Shown here piece after piece: positions 27,884 through 36,377 of a stretch of 64,000 nt of DNA (position 1 is its first letter; each line of letters begins with the position of its first letter). Position numbers and translations under genes: made by a program. The notes beneath the pieces were generated by a model. The model made no database searches. It saw only the letters and a program-made list of their open reading frames with translations, and was not told the DNA's origin. This DNA is from an uncultured Spirochaetota bacterium. Lineage in GTDB: Bacteria; Spirochaetota; UBA4802; UBA5550. Location: NCBI GenBank assembly GCA_963827275.1, contig CAWHAA010000005.1, positions 480,001 through 544,000 on the forward strand, given 5' to 3'.

Positions 27884-29191
27884 TTACAGCTTGAGGATGT
27901 ACCTGGCGCCCCTCATGATGCGGTTCAGCGCGCTGCCGCTAAGGGAGATGGCGCCGCGCGGACAGTATGATTCGCAGCAATAGCAGCGTATGCAGGCCCC
28001 GTAATCGATGACCGGCAGCCGATCCCCGTCGTAGCTGATCGCCTTCACGGCGCACGCGTCCACGCAGGCGTCGCACCGCGTGCACGCGCCGCGGTCGACA
28101 ACCGGCGTCATAATGAAGGCGTCGAAGACATAGTCATCGAGCGTGCGCAGGAACCCCTCTTTCCCCCGGGTATCAGGAAGCCTGGCATAGGGCACCGAGG
28201 GGAGCGCGCCCCTGACGGTAATGTCGCCGGGGGAAACGAGTCCCCGCGCGATCGCCTCACGCACGGCCGGCACCCATTCCGGGTCGAAGCCGATCATCCG
28301 GCACGCGGTCACGTCAAGCGCGGGCCCTGAGGTTGAGGCCAGGATAACGCCGGTGAAGCGCGGCTCGCCGTTTGCCGCGGGCCCGTCCCTGTCCAGTCCC
28401 ATGACCGCGTCCATTACCGTGAGCCCGGGCGCGACCGCCTCGTACACGTCCACCAGCGGCTTGCCCCAGTACTCCTGGTAATCATGCCGGTGCTGGAACG
28501 GCTTGTGATACAACTGCTTCGACCCTCCGACGACGCACCCGTACATGTTCTTGATCGCGCCCGAGTACCGCGCCAGGCGGTGGAGCTTCAGCTTCGGCAG
28601 GTTGACCACCAGGTCATGCCCGAACACCGCTTCGGTGACATAGAAAGGATTAAGGTGCAAACCCGACGTTATCTTCCTGAGGCGTGTTGTCTCGAACGGG
28701 AGAAGGGACGCGCCGTACCGTTTTGCAACGGCGGCGATCCCGGAGGTGACCAGCGCCCCGGCCGTGCCGCCGCCCTGGTAAAATGCGGATGAATCGCCGA
28801 TGCTGATGCGGCAGTCATGCTCGGAAAAGAACCTGCACACAGCCTCCACCACTGATGGGTGCGTCGTGGTTGCCTGCCCGGGGGTGTTCTGCCCGATGAG
28901 GTTCGGCTTCAATAAAACCCGCTTCCCCGCCGGCGGCCTGAACCGCACCGCCCCGAGGGCCTTCACGACAGCGCGGTACACCTCGCCGTGATCGTAGGAA
29001 CCGCACGGCTCGACCGCAACCTCGTCGCGGGACGTCGTTTCCCGCATCTTTTTTTTCAGCGGGTGTATTTTTTTCCCCGGCGCGGCAACCGGCATATGGC
29101 CCCCCTTCCCGAACGTCCCTGCCACGAACAGCAGGAACGCCGCGAAAACCAGAGAGAATCTCCCGATAAAATCCCTGCGCGATAATGGCAT
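27884..29191 (-). CDS. DUF362 + 2x[4Fe-4S] protein with Tat-like N-terminus
   Basis: SRRDFI, VLLKPNL, TTHPSVV, NLPKLKLH, GAIKNMYG, GPANG.P, ALD, CTRCDACVDAC, CIRCYCCESYCP. Confidence 0.9.
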   Translation of the reverse strand: MPLSRRDFIGRFSLVFAAFLLFVAGTFGKGGHMPVAAPGKKIHPLKKKMRETTSRDEVAVEPCGSYDHGEVYRAVVKALGAVRFRPPAGKRVLLKPNLIGQNTPGQATTTHPSVVEAVCRFFSEHDCRISIGDSSAFYQGGGTAGALVTSGIAAVAKRYGASLLPFETTRLRKITSGLHLNPFYVTEAVFGHDLVVNLPKLKLHRLARYSGAIKNMYGCVVGGSKQLYHKPFQHRHDYQEYWGKPLVDVYEAVAPGLTVMDAVMGLDRDGPAANGEPRFTGVILASTSGPALDVTACRMIGFDPEWVPAVREAIARGLVSPGDITVRGALPSVPYARLPDTRGKEGFLRTLDDYVFDAFIMTPVVDRGACTRCDACVDACAVKAISYDGDRLPVIDYGACIRCYCCESYCPRGAISLSGSALNRIMRGARYILKL

Positions 29192-29539
29192 GGCGCAGCC
29201 CCCGTCACGGTTTCTCCCGGCCGCCCGTTATCCTGTCAATTGCGTCATCGATGATCATCCGGGACTCGGCGGCCTGGTCCCGCCCCTCGCGGTATGGTGA
29301 TTCCATTGAGCCGACCGCGCCGGGGACAGTCGGATGCACGATATTCGGGCGCGTCAAAGGGCCGCGACGGTTACGCGCCGGCCCGGGGATCTGCGGTGAG
29401 GTATCTTTCATAGTATGAATATACTACAAAATTCATCCCTGTCATATATTTCCAGCGGTTGATCAGTATTTTTTATCGAGGCGGTGATTTCGGATCGCAA
29501 TACCCATGTTGTTCCCGCGGGGAAACTGTCCGCGGGCCG

Positions 29540-30556
29540 TCATTTTATCCGTGTATAAAAATTTGTCCGGTACGCCTTTTCCAGGTCGCGCATCTCAGTC
29601 GCCTTGCCCCAGAGCAGCAGCGTCCTGTTGCCCTCCGGCCCCATGGAGACCGGTTCCTTCCCCTTCATACAGGCATCAAGCGCCATCCTGAAGCTGTCGA
29701 GGAGCTTGCCCGGCGTATCTATCCCCTTCGGGGCCAGGTCTTCCCTGACGGAGTTGAAGATGATTTTTTCGAAATGGTCGTTGATCCGCGGCACCCCGTA
29801 GAGGCCGTCGAAATCCAGCCCGTAAAACCCGGCGATGAAACGATACGCGTTTTCCACCTCCTGGCGGTCGTCCTCGGACTGTGTCATCATCCACCCCGCT
29901 ATCGCGTTCCCGAGGAGCGTCGACGTGGTATTGAGGAGCGAGAGGTCCCACAGGTTCTGGTACAGGGCGACTTCGGATTCAAGGTCGGCATGGTATTCCA
30001 GCTCGGCGATGGACCGCGCCGCCGGGATTTTCTCGCTCATCTTCTCGTGATAATTCATCATCACGGGCAGCGACATCTTTTCGGCGTTCTCCCTCAGTCC
30101 CTCCTGTTTCTCCATCATCGGGACCGCGCTCATCTTCAGGTAGAGGCCCTCCTCGGCCATGGCCCGCGTGAAGACCAGCGCGTTCTCGGAGCTCTTTTCT
30201 ATTTCGAAAATGCGTTCGTACACCCCGCGGGTCCTGTGCAGCTCTTTCGGGAGCTGTTCGCAGGCCAGGTGATACCCCCCCGCCGCCGCCGACGCCGCCG
30301 GCACCGTCCTGATGCCCCGCACCGGCTTCTCCTTCGCAAGCGCGGCCAGAAGCGCCGAGAGGTCGGCCATCAGCGCGGTCACCTCCGGCTTCGCGTAAAA
30401 CGACAGCATGTCACGGGCCGAGTCGGCGTGGCCGCAGAGCTGACGGTACGCGTCCATAGCTTTTTCAAGCACCGCGCTGGATTCGCCCAGCCGCTCCATG
30501 TAGGCGGTCAGCCCCAGCTCATAGCCCGACAGCACCTGTTTTACCGTTTCATCCAT
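29540..30556 (-). CDS. Hypothetical all-helical protein
   Basis: 338-aa ORF with GC-biased third codon positions. The start overlaps the upstream stop (TAATG), with GAGG upstream. Confidence 0.8.
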   Translation of the reverse strand: MDETVKQVLSGYELGLTAYMERLGESSAVLEKAMDAYRQLCGHADSARDMLSFYAKPEVTALMADLSALLAALAKEKPVRGIRTVPAASAAAGGYHLACEQLPKELHRTRGVYERIFEIEKSSENALVFTRAMAEEGLYLKMSAVPMMEKQEGLRENAEKMSLPVMMNYHEKMSEKIPAARSIAELEYHADLESEVALYQNLWDLSLLNTTSTLLGNAIAGWMMTQSEDDRQEVENAYRFIAGFYGLDFDGLYGVPRINDHFEKIIFNSVREDLAPKGIDTPGKLLDSFRMALDACMKGKEPVSMGPEGNRTLLLWGKATEMRDLEKAYRTNFYTRIK

Positions 30557-31170
30557 TACCGCAGCACCTCACTGAGCCATGGCTCCATTTTTCTGAGCCG
30601 CGCGTCATCAAACGGAAGGACCGCGCGGTAGGGCCCGTAGGACATTATTTTTTCAAAGGTGATATCAGGATCGATGCTTTTGAGATTTTCCCAGATGGCA
30701 CGGGCGTCGGCTTTTTTCCCGGATTTCCTCGCCTCGCATGCGGTCCGGTAAAAGACCAGGGCGGTGAACAGGTTCATTACCTGTTCGACGGCCTGGCGGG
30801 ACATGTTGATGATGTCATTTACCCTGTCTGAAACACCGGAAAGGGCATCGTAGAGGTCGGCGTGGCCGGTCGACTGTTTCACCGCGTCGATCCTGACCTG
30901 TTCGGCCGCGGCGCCCTTCTCGTCCCCGAACAGAATTTTTATTTTCCGGATGTTCCCGTAGCGGTCCAGCTGCTCTGCCTGCGACAGCGAGAACATATCG
31001 CCGGTTGACGCGATTTTATCAGCGTACTCAGCCGCATCCTTCGACGATGCGAGCATATCGAGATAGTGCCGGTATTCCGCTATCTGGCTCCCGTTCAGCT
31101 CCGGAGCGGATTCGCATTCAGCGAGCCGGGCTTCGAGGTACCGTTTCTGTTCATTGACAAGGTCGGTCAT
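30556..31170 (-). CDS. Hypothetical all-helical protein
   Basis: 204-aa ORF with a GGAGG RBS, translationally coupled to 29540..30556. Confidence 0.8.
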   Translation of the reverse strand: MTDLVNEQKRYLEARLAECESAPELNGSQIAEYRHYLDMLASSKDAAEYADKIASTGDMFSLSQAEQLDRYGNIRKIKILFGDEKGAAAEQVRIDAVKQSTGHADLYDALSGVSDRVNDIINMSRQAVEQVMNLFTALVFYRTACEARKSGKKADARAIWENLKSIDPDITFEKIMSYGPYRAVLPFDDARLRKMEPWLSEVLR

Positions 31171-31277
31171 GGCGCCTCCGCGTGTCTTTTATCTGGAAGG
31201 ATAAACCGGCGTTTGTCAATAGTATTTTGCCCCGCCGCGCACCAGCACGGCGTGACGGTCCATGAAGGACCATGCAC

Positions 31278-31307
31278 AAAAAACGGCCCCTGTCAGGGGG
31301 CCGTTTT
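31278..31307 (-). terminator. Rho-independent terminator
   Basis: AAAACGGCCCC-loop-GGGGCCGTTTT hairpin with a T-tract on the minus strand, just after the stop at 31319. Confidence 0.85.
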
Positions 31308-31318
31308 ACCGTTCAGTA

Positions 31319-32266
31319 TTAAGCGGTCTTTCTTCGCAGGATGTTTATTCCCACCACGATGCCCAGGAGCACGAACAGCGCCGCCGCGATGAGAGGGGTC
31401 GAGCGGTGCTTGATCTTCAAGAGGTAGGCGGTAAGCGCCGAATCATTGATGTGCACATTGATCTTCGCTTTAGTCGTTGCGGTTATATCGGCGCCCTTTT
31501 CATCGATCACCTGGAATTCGATATAGGCATATTTATAATTCGCGCCGCCCACGATGACCCATTTCGTCTCATCGACCTCCAGCTCTTTCATCGGGTGCTG
31601 GTTGACCGTGTACTGATAGAAGACCTCGTTGTCCCTGCCCGGATACACCCCGTACATCGTGACGAGGACCTTTGCCCGCGGCTCTATGCTTTGCACCTTG
31701 ATGGTAAACGACGGGGGAAATTCCCAGCCGAAAACGGCCCTGTCTCCCTCGTATAGCTCCCTGATCCAGTAGATGCCGGCCGAATCATACACCTTGTATT
31801 TTGAGAATTGGGAATTATTTTTTGCAAGATCATCCACCGGGTCAACATCCGGGATCTGTTGTGATTCCCCTGAAGACCCCTGGTCTCCCTGACCACCCTG
31901 GTCGCCTTGGCCGCTCTGGTTGCCGGTATCAGGAGACTGGTTTGCCTGAGTGTCATCCTGGCCTGAATCGCCCGAACCCGTCCCGCCGTTTCCTGCGCCC
32001 TGGTCGGGAGGGGTGTTCTGCGGGCCATCGCCCGAGCCCTGGTTGTTTCCGGAATCACCTGACCCTGTAGTGTCCTGCTCCGCGACAAAAACAGTCTCCC
32101 CGACGGCAATGCTCCCATCGGAGACAAGCACGGTGCCGTTCTCATCAACCACGACGGTACCCGAGCTCCGGGCCGATTCCGTCAAGGGCGGGATGAACTT
32201 GTCATCGGAATCATCGCACTGGATAAAAAAAATCGACATGACGAGAATGAACAGGACCTTTTTCAT
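31319..32266 (-). CDS. Lipoprotein with low-complexity G/Q/D/S linker and C-terminal membrane anchor
   Basis: MKKVLFILVMSIFFIQC lipobox, a GDQGGQGDQG-type linker, a globular beta-rich region, and a C-terminal TPLIAAALFVLLGIVVGINIL-RRK. Confidence 0.8.
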   Translation of the reverse strand: MKKVLFILVMSIFFIQCDDSDDKFIPPLTESARSSGTVVVDENGTVLVSDGSIAVGETVFVAEQDTTGSGDSGNNQGSGDGPQNTPPDQGAGNGGTGSGDSGQDDTQANQSPDTGNQSGQGDQGGQGDQGSSGESQQIPDVDPVDDLAKNNSQFSKYKVYDSAGIYWIRELYEGDRAVFGWEFPPSFTIKVQSIEPRAKVLVTMYGVYPGRDNEVFYQYTVNQHPMKELEVDETKWVIVGGANYKYAYIEFQVIDEKGADITATTKAKINVHINDSALTAYLLKIKHRSTPLIAAALFVLLGIVVGINILRRKTA

Positions 32267-32491
32267 AATGAAAACCCCCATATGCTTTGATAAGAAGGAA
32301 ACAACCTCTGGATTTACACGGGTTCTTTCACCGGGTGTTAGATCTACATTACTCTACTATTTCCTTTGCCGCAGGCACTGGAAATAATACTATAGAAGAG
32401 GTCTCGGCTTTAAATATAATATAAAAAACAAGATCTGTCAATTTTTTTTAGCCCAAGCGGGCTTGTTTTTTAATCTTCACCGTGCATTCCC

Positions 32492-32529
32492 CCGGGGTCA
32501 GAGTAAGCCAGGGCGATAGTTATCGGTAA
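32492..32529. repeat. Solitary degenerate copy of the 39.65-kb tandem repeat
   Basis: CCGGGGTCAGAG-taagccagggc-GATAGTTATCGGTAA versus the array junction CCGGGGTCAGAG-caactccgggacc-GATAGTTATCGGTAA. Confidence 0.85.
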
Positions 32530-32613
32530 CTTTTAACGATTTTTATTAGAAGTAATTTTTTTTCTCAAGATTATTAAAAAAATTCCGTTAATATACCCAT
32601 AAGGGGAAAATTT

Positions 32614-33861
32614 ATGTCACTTCAAAAGTCATCACTATTCATTACCATTCTACTATCATGTATTTTTTTCTATACCGCGCTTCATCCTCAGACATTCTCC
32701 GTTTCGGAAGCGCCAAAAAATTTAAAGGAGCCGGTCAACAGCCGCAAGAACGACTTTGCGCCGACGGTGAGCCCTGACGGGAGTTTCATGATATTCAATT
32801 CAAACAGGAACGGGGCGTACCAGGACCTGTTCATCAGCCATTTCAAGGACGGCGCCTGGAGCGATCCGGAACCGCTGACAGGCATAAATTCACCATATAA
32901 CGACGAAACCCCGTTTTTATCAGCCGATGGCACGATCCTCATCTTTTCATCGGACCGGGACGGCAGTATCGAGATGCCGAAAAATGACCTCAACCAGATC
33001 AGGGTGTCCTTCGACCTGTACTGGTCAAAACGCGCAAATGGAGAATGGAGCGCGCCCGAGCCAATCCCCGGACGGGTCAATACCATGTACCATGAAAAGA
33101 CCCCGAGCCTGAGCAGGGACGGGAAAACACTCTATTACTGTACGTGGCATTTCGGCGATATGAAGAAAACGGCCATGATGAACGCCTCGTACAGGGACGG
33201 AAAATTTTCCGATCCCGGGCAGCTGCCCGCTCCCTTTAACGCCGGCTACCCCGACGTCGCGCTCATCCCTGCCGAGGACCTGAACGGCTTCTTTTTCTCA
33301 TCGAGCAGGCCTGACAGCCTCGGCATGTTCGACCTCTACTTCGTTTCATACAAGGACGGCGTGTTCGGAAAACCGATCAACCTCGGCGGGAAGGTCAACA
33401 GCGCTTCTAACGAGCTATACCTGAGCAGGGCGGACCAGAGATACTTCATCTGCTCCGACCGTGAAGGCGGGACGGGGCTCTTTGACCTGTATTCGTCATT
33501 CGTTTTCACAAAGGAGGCGAGCTTCGAGACACGGGCGATACACTTTGACTTCGACAAGGCCGTGATCTGGAAGGAGTCGTACCCCTACCTGGACGCGCTC
33601 TCGCAGTTCCTGAAGGAGCACGGCGACGCGGATATCGAAATCATCGGCCACACGGACCTCCACGGCACGGACGACTACAACAACCGTCTGAGCCAGAAGC
33701 GGGCCGAAGCGGTAAAAGAGTACCTTGCCGGCAGGGGGCTGGACCCGAAGCGGATGAAGATTTTCGGAGCGGGGAAATCGCGGCCGGTGGTGAACCAGAT
33801 CGGAAAGGGGTTCGATGAACTCAACAGGCGCACCGAATTCAAGATATTAAAGAAAAAATAG
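32614..33861 (+). CDS. OmpA-family protein with PD40 (WD40-like) repeats
   Basis: APTVSPDG..MIFNSNR, TPFLSADG..LIFSSDR, FDFDKA, IIGHTD.HG...YN.RLS.KRA.AV..YL, NRRTEF. Confidence 0.95.
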   Translation: MSLQKSSLFITILLSCIFFYTALHPQTFSVSEAPKNLKEPVNSRKNDFAPTVSPDGSFMIFNSNRNGAYQDLFISHFKDGAWSDPEPLTGINSPYNDETPFLSADGTILIFSSDRDGSIEMPKNDLNQIRVSFDLYWSKRANGEWSAPEPIPGRVNTMYHEKTPSLSRDGKTLYYCTWHFGDMKKTAMMNASYRDGKFSDPGQLPAPFNAGYPDVALIPAEDLNGFFFSSSRPDSLGMFDLYFVSYKDGVFGKPINLGGKVNSASNELYLSRADQRYFICSDREGGTGLFDLYSSFVFTKEASFETRAIHFDFDKAVIWKESYPYLDALSQFLKEHGDADIEIIGHTDLHGTDDYNNRLSQKRAEAVKEYLAGRGLDPKRMKIFGAGKSRPVVNQIGKGFDELNRRTEFKILKKK

Positions 33862-34038
33862 TCGCAGCCTGCCAGCCGCCCGCACCCGCATGCCGCAATG
33901 ATACCTGCGGCTGCTCCGACATTCCGCAGATATTTATTGACGCGGACCCGTAAATTTCGTATCCTTATGATACGTACGATGTGCCGGTGTGCAGCTCGCC
34001 ATCGTCGCGCCTGATGGCTCTTTGTGAGGAGGTGGATA

Positions 34039-34617
34039 ATGGACGTGAAGGAAGCGATACTCAAACGGCGCGCCTACCGGGCGCTCGGACCGGTGGAGAT
34101 CACCGACGACATGATACGGGAACTGGCGACCGCCGCCAGCCTGACCGCCTCCTGTTTCAACAACCAGCCGTGGCGCTTCGTGTTCGCGCGGTCGCCGCAG
34201 GCCCTTGCGAAAGTACACGAGGGCCTGAACAAGGGCAACGAATGGGTGACGAAGGCGTCGCTGATAATCGCCGCGTTTGCGAAGAGAGAGAATGACTGCC
34301 TTATCAAGGAGAGGGAATACTACCTCTTTGACCTGGGCATGGCGGTATCGGCGCTACAGCTCCGCGCAACCGAGATGGGCCTCGTCGCCCACCCGATCGC
34401 CGGGTTCGATCCCGAGGCAGTCAAACGCGCGCTCGGCATTCCCGCCGACTGCATGGTGATCACCATCATCAACGTGGGGAAAAAATCAGGGGACCTCAGC
34501 CTGCTCTCCCCCTGGCAGGTAAGCCAGGAGGCGGAACGGCCGCCCCGGCTCCCGCTGGAAGCCATCTACAGCATCGATGCGTATGATGAAAAAATGAACG
34601 TCAAGGTGGAGCGCTGA
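34039..34617 (+). CDS. Nitroreductase family protein
   Basis: AI.KRRAYR, ASCFNNQPWRF, DLGMA...LQL.A.EMGL..HPIAGFD. GAGGAGG RBS. Confidence 0.92.
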   Translation: MDVKEAILKRRAYRALGPVEITDDMIRELATAASLTASCFNNQPWRFVFARSPQALAKVHEGLNKGNEWVTKASLIIAAFAKRENDCLIKEREYYLFDLGMAVSALQLRATEMGLVAHPIAGFDPEAVKRALGIPADCMVITIINVGKKSGDLSLLSPWQVSQEAERPPRLPLEAIYSIDAYDEKMNVKVER

Positions 34618-34771
34618 CTTGCAGGGTCACTCCGCCGGTACGCTCGTTGCCCCGGGATAGAATCGCACCCGGTCATACACGCTCACCGCGTCTGCGGCGG
34701 GCGAGCCGCCGCCCCGACCCGGATTGCCGGTCCAGGCGTTCATCATGATGTATCCCTTTCCCCGCGCCGCA

Positions 34772-36238
34772 TCACTTCAATGCCCGTATCCGGTCGCCGG
34801 AGAATTCGTTGGCCGCTATCCCGAGCTTTATACGGTTGAGCTTGAGCTGCAGCCGGGCCCGCTCATAGTCCTCCCGCGCCGATTGAAGCGAGGTGAGCGC
34901 GGTAAGAACATCGAGGATCGTCACGCGGTTCATCCGGTACTCCTCGGCGACAACCCGGTGGTTGTCCTCCGCTGACGAGAGGGCCTTCCGGTACGCCTCG
35001 AGCTCAAGCCCGGCGCTCTCCCACAGGCGGAAGGCGTCGAGGACTTCCTTGCGGGCAAGCCGCCCGGCCTGGGAGAGCACGAGGTCCGCCTGCCGCCGCA
35101 CCGAGTTGGCCTCCCTGACCTTTGCGAAGGTGATGTCGCCGCCGAAGATGGGAAGCTCGGCGCCGAGGGAAACGTAATAGTCGCGCGTCTTCTGGGTCCC
35201 GGAGAGGATCGAGTTTGCCGAAAGGTAGCGCGATGCATTTTTCCAGTTTGGCGTCGAGGTCGTCTGCCCGTAGTAAAGAAAATAGCTGCCTTCAAGGTAC
35301 AGGGACGGCAGGTGGACGCCGTACGCCGCGATCACGCCCGCCTTCGCGTACTCGACCTGCTGTCGCGCGGCCTTCACGTCCCACCTGGCGTCCGCGATCG
35401 ACGGCAGGTCCGCCATCGTGTACGCGGGCTCCCCGATATCGGCCGTATCCGCCGGTTCCAGGACGGCTTCGGACCCGGTCAGGGTGGCGAGGACGAGCTT
35501 CGCGTGCTCAAGCTGCGCCGCCCGCGACCGGGTATCGGCCTGGAGGCGGTAGAGCTGTGCGTTGGTCCTGAGGATGTCGCTCTGCCTGCTCCGGCCGATA
35601 TCAACGCGCCGCTTCAATTCCTGTATGGTCCTGCCGTAGAGATCGAGGAGTTGCTCGTTGTTCTTCAGGCCCCGCTCCACGAGCAGGACCGAGTAGAACG
35701 CGACGGCGACGTCCGAGAGGAGCAGCCCCGCGCTGTGGTTGAGCTCGAGCTCCCGCACTTTCTGCATCGCGACGGACGACTTGATCTGGGAGACCTCTTT
35801 CAGCCCCGTCATGATCGGCTGGCGCAGGTACAGGCTCGCGGCGGACCTGGCGAGCGCGGTATAATCGTTTCGAGGAAGGGGCAGGGCGTAATTCGCGCGA
35901 AGCGAGAAATAGGGAAGAAAGGTCTCCACGGCCTGGAGTTTGCGCTCTGCCGCCTGGATGGAGCCCTCGCCTTCGATCGCAAGGCGCTCCGTGTTATGGA
36001 CCGCGAGGGCATAGGCGCCGAACAGGGTGATCTCCTTTTTACCGGAAGCATCCGCCACATCGCCGTCCGTGATGCCGGTGGCCCTGCGCAAAAGCTTTGT
36101 AACGCCTGAATCAATCGCGTACATGTCCGCGAAGGCGAACAGGGCGCCAATGGCCGCGATCACAGCGATGCCGCGGAGCGGCCTGCTCGCGGCATGGAAA
36201 CTATTGCGGGATGTCACTCTCTTCTGGTCCATGCTCAT
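34772..36238 (-). CDS. TolC-family outer membrane efflux protein
   Basis: Two OEP repeats (LP.FSL...LRQPI..G; LPSLYLEGSY...ELPIFGG) and C-terminal Y......ILDVL.A...L. Confidence 0.9.
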   Translation of the reverse strand: MSMDQKRVTSRNSFHAASRPLRGIAVIAAIGALFAFADMYAIDSGVTKLLRRATGITDGDVADASGKKEITLFGAYALAVHNTERLAIEGEGSIQAAERKLQAVETFLPYFSLRANYALPLPRNDYTALARSAASLYLRQPIMTGLKEVSQIKSSVAMQKVRELELNHSAGLLLSDVAVAFYSVLLVERGLKNNEQLLDLYGRTIQELKRRVDIGRSRQSDILRTNAQLYRLQADTRSRAAQLEHAKLVLATLTGSEAVLEPADTADIGEPAYTMADLPSIADARWDVKAARQQVEYAKAGVIAAYGVHLPSLYLEGSYFLYYGQTTSTPNWKNASRYLSANSILSGTQKTRDYYVSLGAELPIFGGDITFAKVREANSVRRQADLVLSQAGRLARKEVLDAFRLWESAGLELEAYRKALSSAEDNHRVVAEEYRMNRVTILDVLTALTSLQSAREDYERARLQLKLNRIKLGIAANEFSGDRIRALK

Positions 36239-36377
36239 TATGTCCGGTCATGCAGATTGCGGCACATCTATTACATCAGGCTCAAGGGGCGCAAAAATAT
36301 CAATATTATTATTGCATTTATATAACATTTTGTATCTATGGGCACATGCAATTTTTACGAATAGTGTTGAATATACC

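Noticed and set aside
29205..29411. 68-aa ORF upstream of DUF362
   Set aside because: No recognisable motif or clear RBS, so I cannot support it. Its stop does lie close to the DUF362 start.
33986..34021. Fluoride-riboswitch-like string GGTGTGCAGCTCGCC...CTGATGGCTCT upstream of the nitroreductase
   Set aside because: It lacks the conserved GAUG after P1, the pseudoknot pairing is mismatched, and the downstream gene is atypical. An Infernal search with the crcB model would settle it.
36027..36377. N-terminal extension of the RND ORF
   Set aside because: It overlaps TolC on the opposite strand. The family-typical N-terminus starts at 36378.
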